A DNA stretch of 46,362 nucleotides. It comes from Planctomycetota bacterium. Its GTDB lineage: Bacteria > Planctomycetota > PLA2 > JAEUHO01. Position numbers and translations under genes: made by a program. This document shows, one piece after another, positions 8,173-17,335 of the stretch. The stretch is from positions 1 through 46,362 of the forward strand of contig JBFWRP010000034.1 in the NCBI GenBank assembly GCA_050248855.1, read 5' to 3'. The notes under the pieces were generated by a model. The model saw only the letters and a program-made list of their open reading frames with translations, did no database searches and was not told the DNA's origin. Positions within the stretch are counted from its first letter, which is position 1; every line of letters starts with the position of its first letter.

Positions 8173-9449
8173 CGGACCCTGCCCCGGACCGCGAACCGGT
8201 CGCGGAAGGTCAGCGCCATCTCGGTCTGGACGGGCGTGCCCAGGTGGATCCAGGAGCTGGCCGGGTGCCCGATCGCCTTGCTCCCCCGCCGGGCCCGGGC
8301 GACGCGGATCTCGCGCGCGCCGAGGTCGATCGCGGTGCGGTCGTAGGTCATCCACTCGGTGCCGATCTTGAGCCAGAGCGTGTCCCGGCCGAGCGCCGGC
8401 GCGAAGAACGGGTCGGTCTCGACGACGCGGATACGGAGGTCGGTCGCGTCCACCGAATCGGCCAGCAGCACGTCGCCCCGCGTGTACCCGAACGTGCCCT
8501 CGCTCTGGAGCGTCAGCTCGAGGCGCACGAAGGCCGGGAAGATGTCGTCGCTCGGGTCGGCGCGACTCGCGTCCCCCTTGCGCAGCGCGAACTTCTCGTC
8601 GAACCCGCGCGTGCTGTCCCAGCGACGCCCGACGTAGGGGGCCGTTTCGTCGAGCTGCCGGCTGCCATGCTCGACGGACTCGTCGGTCTCGTCCCAGGAC
8701 GGCGCGAAGCTGCGCCGCCACACGGCGCCGAAGTGGAGCACGCCGGAGAGGACAGGACGAGCCACCTTGCGGATCTCGACCAAGCTGTCGAAGTGCGACG
8801 GATCGAGCAGCGTGTGGGCCGCGTCGCCCACCGGGGCCCGGAAGCCGCGGTAGAGCGTGAGCATCTCCGGATGGTCGGCGTCCTCGGGAACCGCGATCCA
8901 GAGCACTTCCATCAAGCCGCCGGCGGGCCGGAACACGGCGTCGGTGGCCGAGGCGTCGATGGTCTCCGGGGTGAACGCCTTGGGCTCCGACACGATGTCC
9001 GAACCACCGCGGCGCAGCTGGTCGTCGGCCCACTCGTCGCCCAGGGCCACGACGAACGCCATGTAGAAGATCGGCGTGTCCTTGAGCGTCCCCGTCGCAT
9101 CGCGCAGGTTCAGGAACCCGGAACGCAGCTGCACCGCGGGCGGCGGCGGAGGCGGCGGGGGCTCCACGCCGGCCAGCAGCTCGTCGTCCGTGGGAGCGGG
9201 GGGCGGCGCCGTGAAGTGGTCGCCCACGTAGAGCGACTCGAGGTCCGCACGCAAGCGCGGCAAGCCGGAGTCCAGGCGATCGAAGATGGCCGACTCCCGC
9301 GTACCGGAATAGAAGATGTCCAGGCTCTGGCGCATGAACCAGACGGCCATGGTGCCGAGCACCGAGAAGATGCCCATCGCCACGAGCAGCTCGAGCAGCG
9401 TGAAGCCACGCGAGCGAGGGAGCGGCGCGGGGTGGCGTGAGGCGCGCAC
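8169..9449 (-). CDS. prepilin-type minor pilin (GspJ/PilW-like), large (426 aa)
   Basis: RSRG|FTLLELLVAMGIFSVLG; GTG start with GGGGAGGG RBS; LYR and PAFVRLELTL segments resemble GspJ-like pilins. Confidence 0.85.
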   Translation of the reverse strand: MRASRHPAPLPRSRGFTLLELLVAMGIFSVLGTMAVWFMRQSLDIFYSGTRESAIFDRLDSGLPRLRADLESLYVGDHFTAPPPAPTDDELLAGVEPPPPPPPPAVQLRSGFLNLRDATGTLKDTPIFYMAFVVALGDEWADDQLRRGGSDIVSEPKAFTPETIDASATDAVFRPAGGLMEVLWIAVPEDADHPEMLTLYRGFRAPVGDAAHTLLDPSHFDSLVEIRKVARPVLSGVLHFGAVWRRSFAPSWDETDESVEHGSRQLDETAPYVGRRWDSTRGFDEKFALRKGDASRADPSDDIFPAFVRLELTLQSEGTFGYTRGDVLLADSVDATDLRIRVVETDPFFAPALGRDTLWLKIGTEWMTYDRTAIDLGAREIRVARARRGSKAIGHPASSWIHLGTPVQTEMALTFRDRFAVRGRVR

Positions 9450-9454
9450 GATGT

Positions 9455-10663
9455 CTAGCCCTCCCCGGCGGGCCGCGCCGCGACCGGTTCCTGGCGGGCG
9501 TCGATCGTGCCGTTCATGCCCACCAGGATGCTGAGCGGCAGGTCGTCGGGCGCCTGCGTGTCCCTGAACCGCAGCACGACGCCGCGGGCATGGATGTCCG
9601 GGTCGAGGGCACCGTTCTGGAAGACGAGCCGGATCGGCAGCGGCGTCTCGCACTGGAGCGCCTCCGGCAGGTCGCGCTGCAGCTCGCTGCTGCGGAACAC
9701 GCCGCGCAGCTGGAAGGTGTCCATGAGCCCGCGGAACGAGCGCGACGTGCCGGAGATGGACATGGCGACCAGGCCATCGGACGGCGTGGCGAGCTCGCGC
9801 ACGTCGTCCGCGGTGTCCGCGTCGAGGCTGGCATCGCGCCGCGTCGATCGCCCGCGCGGCGCGTCACCGACGGACGCCTCGAGACCGTTGACGCGAACCG
9901 TGGCCTCGAGGCCGTGCCAGGCCACTTCCACGCGCTGCCAACGCGAGCCGCTGGCCCCGCGCACGGGGGCGTCCTTGGTCCGGTAGATGACCTCCGTGCC
10001 GTCGGACTCGCGCGCACTCTCGCCCGGCTTGCGCACCCGCAGCCGCACCTCGACGTCGTAGTCGGTGCCGCTGGTGCCCCCGCGGACCAAGGCCACCCGG
10101 TAGATGACCTGGTTCTCGGCCCCCTTGCCCTCGACGAGCGCCATCTCCGGCTCGCCCGGATCGGGCTTGAGGCGCACGTCCAGCTCGAAGCCCTCGGTCA
10201 TGGCGAACGCGGACTGGCGACCGTAGTCGACGTGGCCGCCCAGGACGAACTCGCCCGCGGACCCCGTGAAGCCCTTGCCGTGTGCGATGCCTACGGCCGT
10301 GGCCTTGCCCATGAGACCGCCGCTGATCGCCTCGAGCTCCTCGAACTGATGCGTCACGACGGGCTGGGCGATCGAGGCCGATACGCGAAGGACCCGCGCA
10401 CCCTCGTCGGTGGTGCGCAGCGCCAAGGTGGTGACGGCCCGACGGCTGCCCCCCACGCTGGCCGTCTGGCAGCGGCGGAAGGTCTCCACGAGGATGCCGC
10501 GCGCCTGGTCGAGCTGCGTGGCCGACCCGATGGAGCCGAGGTAGCCGACGGTGAGGCCCATGAGCACGGCCATGGCGCCCATCACGACGAGGAGCTCCAG
10601 GAACGTGAAGCCGCGCGTCGGACGCGTGCGCGGTGTGCGGTCGGGGACGAGGCCTCGCCTCAC
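9455..10663 (-). CDS. prepilin-type minor pilin (GspH/FimT-like) with inserted LamG/ConA-like beta-sandwich
   Basis: PTRG|FTFLELLVVMGAMAVL; LamG-like GFELDVRLKP...WQRVEVAWHG..ATVRVNG...FRGLMDTFQL; GTGA overlap with gspG stop. Confidence 0.8.
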   Translation of the reverse strand: MRRGLVPDRTPRTRPTRGFTFLELLVVMGAMAVLMGLTVGYLGSIGSATQLDQARGILVETFRRCQTASVGGSRRAVTTLALRTTDEGARVLRVSASIAQPVVTHQFEELEAISGGLMGKATAVGIAHGKGFTGSAGEFVLGGHVDYGRQSAFAMTEGFELDVRLKPDPGEPEMALVEGKGAENQVIYRVALVRGGTSGTDYDVEVRLRVRKPGESARESDGTEVIYRTKDAPVRGASGSRWQRVEVAWHGLEATVRVNGLEASVGDAPRGRSTRRDASLDADTADDVRELATPSDGLVAMSISGTSRSFRGLMDTFQLRGVFRSSELQRDLPEALQCETPLPIRLVFQNGALDPDIHARGVVLRFRDTQAPDDLPLSILVGMNGTIDARQEPVAARPAGEG

Positions 10664-11340
10664 CAGTTCCCCATGTCGTCTTCGGTGTTGGGCTGGCCGT
10701 CGGGGCCCATGCTGAAGACCTGGAACGTGTTGGGGTTGCGGAACTGGCCATCGGCGTCGCGGTGCGGGGCGACGTCGACTTCGTCCCCCGGCTCGAAGAA
10801 GTCCGACGGCTCGTTGCCCAGGCGGTAGATGTGCGGCGAGGCATCGGCGCTCGCGTAGTCGGAGCTGTGGAAGTAGACGAGCGGGTTGCCCCACGCGTCG
10901 AGGACTTCCTTCAGGTCGGGCACGCCCGACGAGACGATCGCCTTGTCCAAGCGGTCTTCGTCGGTGTTGCCGAGCTCGCCGTCGGCCCACGTGTGCTCGC
11001 TCTTGAAGCCCGGGTAGCCAAAGGCCTGGACGACGGCCTCGATGCCCCCGTTGGTCTTGTTGACGCTGCCCTTCAAGGGCTCGCCAAAGCCCGTGTACTT
11101 GGGCAGGTTCTTGACGTCCGTCGGCGGGTACATCTCGAACTTGGACTTCCACGCCTGGATGAGCGTCTGGGTCGCGGCGACCCGCTGCTTGGTCGCGAAC
11201 TCGGGCCCGCGCTTGTTCCAGATGTTGACGGCCACGATCACGCCGCCCACCAAGACGGAGATGATCCCCATGACGATGAGGATCTCGATGAAGGTGAAGC
11301 CGCGCTCGCGGCGCAGGCTGCCGGCACCATGGTTGGACAT
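10660..11340 (-). CDS. gspG: major pseudopilin GspG-like protein
   Basis: RERG|FTFIEILIVMGII; C-terminal DAWGNPLVY and FQVFSMGPDGQPNTEDDMGNW typical of GspG. Confidence 0.85.
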   Translation of the reverse strand: MSNHGAGSLRRERGFTFIEILIVMGIISVLVGGVIVAVNIWNKRGPEFATKQRVAATQTLIQAWKSKFEMYPPTDVKNLPKYTGFGEPLKGSVNKTNGGIEAVVQAFGYPGFKSEHTWADGELGNTDEDRLDKAIVSSGVPDLKEVLDAWGNPLVYFHSSDYASADASPHIYRLGNEPSDFFEPGDEVDVAPHRDADGQFRNPNTFQVFSMGPDGQPNTEDDMGNW

Positions 11341-14300
11341 CAGCGGTCTCCCTTCTGGCGGATGACGCGCAGCTCGGTCACGGTCACATCGTAGGGCTGT
11401 GCCTGGGTCGAGTAGCCGCCGATCCAGAGCTGCATGTCGCCGCCAGCGCGCTTGAGCCCGCCGATCCGGTCGGAGACCACGCGCGTGTCGTCGAGGTAGA
11501 TCGCGATCTCCCCCTCGTCCTCGTCCTCGCGGACGATGCGGACGGTGACGGGGCCGTTGCTCGGCCACGGGACCTCCTTGCCGGCCTCGTCGAGCAAGCG
11601 GTGGATCTCGCCGTCGCGCCACTCCTCCTTGCGACCGCCGCCGACGCGTACGGCCACCCGTCCACGGTCGTTGAACACGCCGATGCCCGCGGCCGCCGAC
11701 CGGCCCCGGCCGCCGCGTGAGGCGACGGTCAGCTGGGCGCCGAACACGTTGTTGTTCAGGAAGCGCCCGCCGACCTCACCGGGGATCGCGAGCTTGAAGG
11801 AGACCTCCTCGAAGGAGCGCTTGGAGAAGAGGCTGGTGGTGGCCGCGGCGACCGTGGGGTCCTCCAGGCGGCCATCCTTCTTCGCCTTGGGCCCCTTGAA
11901 GACCAGCTGACCCTCGTCGAGCTTGATCGAGATGTCGTTGCCCTCGATCTGTTCCCAGTCCTTGGAGAGGGACACGCCTTCGAACACGACGCGCTTCTCC
12001 TCCAGGGAGCGCCAGCGCTTGACGTCGTCCAGGCGTGCGGTGGCGTAGGCAAGCCACTTCCCCCACTCCGTGCCGGCGTCGTCCTTTACGGTGTCCACGA
12101 CCAGCTGGAAGTCGCGCAGGCACTCGTCGTAGGCCGCTTCGTCGTAGGCACCGAGCTGGAACCAGGCGTAGCCACGCACGCAGAGCGCGGCCGGCTGCTC
12201 GCGGAGCTCCTCCTTCGAGAGGATCTTGTTGACGATCTCCTTGGCGTCCAGGAAGCGACGCTTGCGGTTGAGGTGCGTGGCGGCCGTGGCGGCCAGCGCC
12301 TGGCGCAGGCGCATGCCGAACGCCTTCTTGTCGCGCGCCTCCTCGCGATCCGCCGCGCGACCGAGGAAAGCCAGGGCGCGGTCGAAGCTCTCGGCAACCT
12401 CGCTCTCCGGTGCCTGCACCGCGGCCGCGGCCTCGCCGAGGGCCATGTGCACGCGGCCCAGCCAGCCATCGAGCTCGGCGTAGCCGGTGGCCCGCTCCGA
12501 AGCGTTGCCCAGCGAGCGGAGCGCCGACGCGTAGTCGTTGTCGAGCGCCGACGTCATGCCGGCGAAGTACTCGATGTAGCTCGAGCGGGGGGCCTGCTCG
12601 CGTGCCTCGCCGAGGCGCTCGCCGAACTCGCCGTTGTCGCCGCTGCACCAGGCCAGGAACGCCAGACCGAAGGAGGGGGAGACCACCTCGTCGGGGAGCG
12701 GACCGGGGTCGCTGCCCTGGGAGAGCGCACGACTGCAGGCGTCGAAGGCCTCGCGCGCGGCGCCGCCCTGGCCGAGGCGGACACAGGTCAGCCCCAGGCC
12801 GTAGCAGGCCTGCGCGCGCACGTCGGCGCCGCCCTGCATCGTGGCCGCCTGCTCGAACGCGGAGCGGGCCGCCGCGAGGTCGCCTTGCGCGTACAGCACG
12901 CAGGCCCGTACGTGGACGGCGGCGGCGAGCGTGGGCTCGCGGGCCAGCAGGGCCTCGACGGTGCTCTTGGCCAACGGAAGCTGGCCCAGGCGCAGCTGCG
13001 TCGTGGCCCGCAGCAGCTGGGCCTCCGGGTCCGAGCCCGCGCGGCCGACGGCGGTGAGCGCGTCCGCGTGGCGGCCGAGCCACGCCAAGGCGCGCGCGCG
13101 CCCGAGGTGCGCGTCGGCGGAGGTGGCGCGGGCCTCCACGCCCCGGTCGTAGAAGCGCAGCGCTTCCTCCGGCTCGCCCATGCGGGTGAGCACGAGGTCA
13201 CCGGTCCAGGTCCAGCCGTCCGGCCGCGTGGGGTTGGCCCGCACATAGGCCGCAAGCGTCCGGAACAGGGCCGCTTCGTCGTGGCGCGCGCGGTAGGCGT
13301 CGAGCAGCTCGAGCAGCAGCTCCGACCGCCGCGTCGTGTCGCCGACGCGATCGAGCTCCTGGAGAGCCACCTCGAGGAGCCGTGCGGCGTACGCCCAGCC
13401 CAGCCCCGACTCCTGACCCGTCTTGCCGACTTCCGCCATCTTCTGCGCGGCGCGACGAAGCGCCGCCACGTCTTGGGAAGTCTGCCACGTCGCCCACTTC
13501 AGCCCGGACGCGTCGAGCGCGGCCCGGAAGCGGTTCTCGACGGTCTGGCGGCGGTGGAACGTCTCGACGGCCGGGTTGAGACGACGCTGGAACACGTTGC
13601 CGCGGCGCGCCTTGAGCACGTCTTCCGGGGCCAGCAGCTTGGAGGCGGCCTGCGCGGTGCCGACATTGGCAGCGCTGATCTCGATCTTGGCGCGCTCGTC
13701 GTCCGAGCCGGCCGACAGCCGCCACACGGCGTCCTCGAACCCGGGCTCGCCCTCGCGGACCCAGCCGGAGCCGTCGTTGACGCCGAGCACGTACACGAAC
13801 GTCTTGCTGCCCGCGGTCTCGATGACGTCGTAGACCTCCTCGGGCTGGGGCGCGCGATCGGCGAACACGGCGTCCGGCACCTTGGCGATCGTGGAGCCGT
13901 CCTCGGGATCGATCACCGGCTTCTCGCCGTGCAGCACGTAGCGCGCACCCGGAGCGGGACCCGGCACGGTGGGCGGCAGCGAGATGGGCAGCGCGTACCA
14001 GGGCGGGGCCTCGAGCTCGGGGGCGGGCAGGGGGTTGGTGTCCGTCGTGCGACGGAAGACGTTGCGGCGGTCGCCACTTCCGGGCACGCCCCCGGCCAGC
14101 AGCTCCGGCCGCGCAAACGGGTCGCCCGACAGCTCGATGGTCGGGGCCCGCACCTTGTCCTCGCGGCCGGGGCTGACGTTGGGGGTCTTCGTCGTGCCGC
14201 CCGCCATCACGAAGATCGTGAACAGCAGCAGGGCGCCCGCGTACAGCAGCAGTGCCTTCTCCTTGCCGAGGGCCTTGTCCAGCGCTGCCGTGACGGGCAG

Positions 14301-14393
14301 GGCCAGCAAGCCGAGCAGCAGGTAGAGCATGAACGTTCCGAACGCGCCGGCCACGACGAGCGTCGGCGCGGCCTGCCAGAGGCCTTCGAGCAT
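11340..14393 (-). CDS. membrane-anchored TPR-repeat protein with Pro-rich linker and C-terminal beta-rich domain (about 1017 aa)
   Basis: Two N-terminal hydrophobic helices, Pro-rich segment, many TPR-like repeats (ADAHLGRARALAWLGRHADAL; QACYGLGLTCVRLGQ); ATG 14393 has GGAAGG RBS (alternative start 14459). Confidence 0.8.
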   Translation of the reverse strand: MLEGLWQAAPTLVVAGAFGTFMLYLLLGLLALPVTAALDKALGKEKALLLYAGALLLFTIFVMAGGTTKTPNVSPGREDKVRAPTIELSGDPFARPELLAGGVPGSGDRRNVFRRTTDTNPLPAPELEAPPWYALPISLPPTVPGPAPGARYVLHGEKPVIDPEDGSTIAKVPDAVFADRAPQPEEVYDVIETAGSKTFVYVLGVNDGSGWVREGEPGFEDAVWRLSAGSDDERAKIEISAANVGTAQAASKLLAPEDVLKARRGNVFQRRLNPAVETFHRRQTVENRFRAALDASGLKWATWQTSQDVAALRRAAQKMAEVGKTGQESGLGWAYAARLLEVALQELDRVGDTTRRSELLLELLDAYRARHDEAALFRTLAAYVRANPTRPDGWTWTGDLVLTRMGEPEEALRFYDRGVEARATSADAHLGRARALAWLGRHADALTAVGRAGSDPEAQLLRATTQLRLGQLPLAKSTVEALLAREPTLAAAVHVRACVLYAQGDLAAARSAFEQAATMQGGADVRAQACYGLGLTCVRLGQGGAAREAFDACSRALSQGSDPGPLPDEVVSPSFGLAFLAWCSGDNGEFGERLGEAREQAPRSSYIEYFAGMTSALDNDYASALRSLGNASERATGYAELDGWLGRVHMALGEAAAAVQAPESEVAESFDRALAFLGRAADREEARDKKAFGMRLRQALAATAATHLNRKRRFLDAKEIVNKILSKEELREQPAALCVRGYAWFQLGAYDEAAYDECLRDFQLVVDTVKDDAGTEWGKWLAYATARLDDVKRWRSLEEKRVVFEGVSLSKDWEQIEGNDISIKLDEGQLVFKGPKAKKDGRLEDPTVAAATTSLFSKRSFEEVSFKLAIPGEVGGRFLNNNVFGAQLTVASRGGRGRSAAAGIGVFNDRGRVAVRVGGGRKEEWRDGEIHRLLDEAGKEVPWPSNGPVTVRIVREDEDEGEIAIYLDDTRVVSDRIGGLKRAGGDMQLWIGGYSTQAQPYDVTVTELRVIRQKGDR

Positions 14394-14458
14394 CGAAGTT
14401 CCTTCCACGGTGGCCGCGAAGGGACCGGGCATGCCGGTCGGGAGAAGGGCGCCAGCCA

Positions 14459-15409
14459 TCACTGCTCGCTCCGGTCGAGGCCGAGGTCCACGCCAGGGCG
14501 GACCACGGCGGCCCCGATCGTGGCATCGAAGCGCACGACACCGTCGGGAGTCCGTCCGGTGCGTCCGCCGGGTTGCTTGAGCGTCGCCCCCAGCAGCGCC
14601 TCGGCATGCTGGGGGTCGGTCACGCGGTCGATGATCCGGGCGATGGCGCCGTACGGCCCCTCCAGCGACACCGTGACGGGCCACTCGGTGACGAAGTCCG
14701 TGGGCTGGCCCGGCGCGATGTTGGGCTCGAGCTTGACCAGGTCGAAGGCCGAGACACCGCCTCGGATGGCGAGGTCCGCCAGGTCGGCGACGAGCGCCAG
14801 GGTCATGACGCGCCCCGGGAGCGTGGCGCGGTTCACGGAAGCCACGGCGTCGAAGCCCAGCGTGTCGGCAATCTCCATGTCGGCGCGGTTGGCACGCACA
14901 CGCAGCGCCGTCCAGACCTCGTTCAGGAGGCGGCCGAAGGCCACGTTCGGATCGCCGGAGCGCAGCAGCTCGATGTTCTGGTCCTTCAGCGACACGAACC
15001 GGCGCACGGCGCGCTCGGCCGCCACCTCGTCGTCATCGAAGCGTGCCGCGAGGCGGGCGGTATCGCGGGCCTCGGCGTCGCTCGCACCGCGCAGCACGGC
15101 GGCGCGCAGCGCACGGTCCGTGGCCTGCTCGATGAGCGCCTGGCCGCCGCTGCGCGACGAGTCGAGCCGCGTCGCCCACGACGTGGCCTGGGCGTCCAGG
15201 TCGGTCGTGAGCTTGCGCAGCTCGTCGGCCACGCCGCGCTCGGGGCGCTTCATGTCACGCAGCTTGCGCTGGTCGGACGTGAGCAGGCGCTTCTGCACCT
15301 CCGGGTCCTTCGTGACGATGTGGACGGCAATGATGCCGACCAAGAACACGCCCACGCCGATCAGGACCGGGGTCCAGAACGTCCGGTAGCGCTGCCAAAG
15401 CTCATCCAT
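14459..15409 (-). CDS. PilO/GspM-like alignment-complex protein
   Basis: Single N-terminal TM, coiled coil, C-terminal WPVTVSLEGPYGAIARIIDRV ferredoxin-like motif; directly after pilM-pilN. Confidence 0.65.
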   Translation of the reverse strand: MDELWQRYRTFWTPVLIGVGVFLVGIIAVHIVTKDPEVQKRLLTSDQRKLRDMKRPERGVADELRKLTTDLDAQATSWATRLDSSRSGGQALIEQATDRALRAAVLRGASDAEARDTARLAARFDDDEVAAERAVRRFVSLKDQNIELLRSGDPNVAFGRLLNEVWTALRVRANRADMEIADTLGFDAVASVNRATLPGRVMTLALVADLADLAIRGGVSAFDLVKLEPNIAPGQPTDFVTEWPVTVSLEGPYGAIARIIDRVTDPQHAEALLGATLKQPGGRTGRTPDGVVRFDATIGAAVVRPGVDLGLDRSEQ

Positions 15410-15441
15410 GGGGCCGTCTCCCCACCGTAGGCCGCGCGGGC

Positions 15442-17316
15442 CTAGCGGCGGTTCTTGATGTCGTCCAGCAGCTCCTTGCGCTGCGCCTTCTCGACGCTCG
15501 TGATCGGCACGCTGACCTGCTCGCCGTTCGAGCGCCGACCGACGAACGCCGTCGGCTCCTCCGCGTTGTCCACGTCCAGGTGGCGAAGCACCTGACGCGT
15601 GTCGTTCTCCGTCTCGGGCTCGAGGACCACGCCGGGCCGCAAGGTCATCTTGAACGTCCCCGGCTGGCCCGAACCGCCGGCCTTGAAGGCCTGCTGCGTG
15701 TCGACCACGATGCCGCGCTCGTTGCGGTTCAGGGCTTCCACGAACTCCTGCCAGAGGCGCGAGGGGTTCTCGCCCCCGCTGACGCGCCCGTCGACGAGCA
15801 CCCACGGCTCGCGCACCTCGCCCGCGGTGCGGCTGCTCTCGTCGTAGCCGTTGGCGGAACCGCCACGACCCACGAGGTAGCTGAACGTGTTCACGCGCCG
15901 GTCGACCTGCAGCCTCACCTCGTTCAGGTAGATGTGCTCGGTGGCGGCCTTCTCGAGCAGGGCCAGGGCCTCGGCGAAGAAGGCGCCCGGGAGCGCCATG
16001 TCCGCCAGCTGGCGATGCTTGACCTGCACCTGCTGGAAACGGCCGAGGGCCTGGCGCAGGCGCTCGTCCTCCGTGCGCACGTCCTTCTGCACGCGCTGGA
16101 CGCTCGCGCGCTCCTTGTCGTAAGCGGCCGCGGCATCGCTGCGGCCCTTGTAGAGGAAGAAGAGCGAGCCCAGCGCCACGGCCCCGGCGGCGACGGCCCA
16201 TACGCCCTTCTCGGCGAAGTCGCGCGCGCGCTTGACCTTCTCGGGAAGCACGGCCAAGCGGAACGCGGCCGGAGAGAGGGTGCTCTGGGCCAGGCCCACG
16301 GCCACGGCGAACTCATGCGGCGCGGACGTGACGAGCGCACGCTCTTCATCGCCCAGGCCGGACAGGTCCGACAGCACGAAGGGATCGAAACGCTCGACGG
16401 GAACGCCCATCGCCTGCTTGAGGTAGAGGTCCAGACCCTGGAGCGTGGCTCCGCCGCCGGCCAGGACGACGCGGTCGACCTTGAGGTCGGGCAGACGCGT
16501 CTGCGCCCGCGCGATCATCATGGTGCTCTGGATCATCGAGGAGAGCTGACCCGCGACCCCGATGATCGAGTTGGCCACCTTCTCGGCCGTGGGATCCGCG
16601 TAGCGGGCTTGGCCCTTGGGCGTGACGTCGCCCTTGGACGTCTTCATCTTCTCGGCCTTGCCGAAGGTGGTGGCGAAGGCTTGCTCGATGGCCTCCGTGA
16701 ACGCCTTGCCGCCCGGCGTGGCGTTGCGGGCGAAGAGGAGCTCACCGCCGCGCTGCAGGGCGATGTCGACGTTCTCCGCACCGAGGTTGACGAGCAAGGC
16801 CGTCTCGTCCTCGCGGTACGTGGCGTTGACGGCGAAGGCGTTGAACAGCGCGACGCTGTTGGGCGTGGCCTCGCCGAGCTTCAGGCCGCCGGACGCCAGG
16901 GCCGCCGAGAGGCGATCCAGGTGGCGGTTGCGGGCGAGGGCCACGAGGACCGTGTCGTCGTCGCGCGAGCCGTCCGGATCCGGCAAGCTGAGCTTGCGGT
17001 AGTCCGCCGAAACGTCACCGCCGCTCTGCGAGCTGACTTCCTCCACCTCGTACTTCATGAGCGTCTTGAGCCGCCAGTCGGGTACGGGCGGGATCTGCGT
17101 GTAGCGGATGATGACGTCGCGACCGGTGAGACCGAGCGTGACGGGGGCACCCTTCAGGCCGCGGTTGGCCAGCGCGCGGCCCGCCAAGGGCGTGGTCTCC
17201 TCGCTGATCCGGTCCGCGAACACGCGCTGGACGACGAAGCCCTCGCCCTTGCGCTTGAGCAGGACGCCGCGCAACGAGTGGCTACCGATGGTGACGCCGA
17301 GTCCGATCTGGGGCAT
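15442..17316 (-). CDS. pilM: type IV pilus assembly PilM (actin-like) fused to PilN-like domain (624 aa)
   Basis: GLGVTIGSHSLR, LLVNLGAENVDI, GGKAFTEAI, AEKMK, VVLAGGG, FAVAVGLA; then PilN-like LAVLP, TM and coiled coil. Confidence 0.9.
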   Translation of the reverse strand: MPQIGLGVTIGSHSLRGVLLKRKGEGFVVQRVFADRISEETTPLAGRALANRGLKGAPVTLGLTGRDVIIRYTQIPPVPDWRLKTLMKYEVEEVSSQSGGDVSADYRKLSLPDPDGSRDDDTVLVALARNRHLDRLSAALASGGLKLGEATPNSVALFNAFAVNATYREDETALLVNLGAENVDIALQRGGELLFARNATPGGKAFTEAIEQAFATTFGKAEKMKTSKGDVTPKGQARYADPTAEKVANSIIGVAGQLSSMIQSTMMIARAQTRLPDLKVDRVVLAGGGATLQGLDLYLKQAMGVPVERFDPFVLSDLSGLGDEERALVTSAPHEFAVAVGLAQSTLSPAAFRLAVLPEKVKRARDFAEKGVWAVAAGAVALGSLFFLYKGRSDAAAAYDKERASVQRVQKDVRTEDERLRQALGRFQQVQVKHRQLADMALPGAFFAEALALLEKAATEHIYLNEVRLQVDRRVNTFSYLVGRGGSANGYDESSRTAGEVREPWVLVDGRVSGGENPSRLWQEFVEALNRNERGIVVDTQQAFKAGGSGQPGTFKMTLRPGVVLEPETENDTRQVLRHLDVDNAEEPTAFVGRRSNGEQVSVPITSVEKAQRKELLDDIKNRR

Positions 17317-17335
17317 GTGCTGCGGCTCCTCGCGT

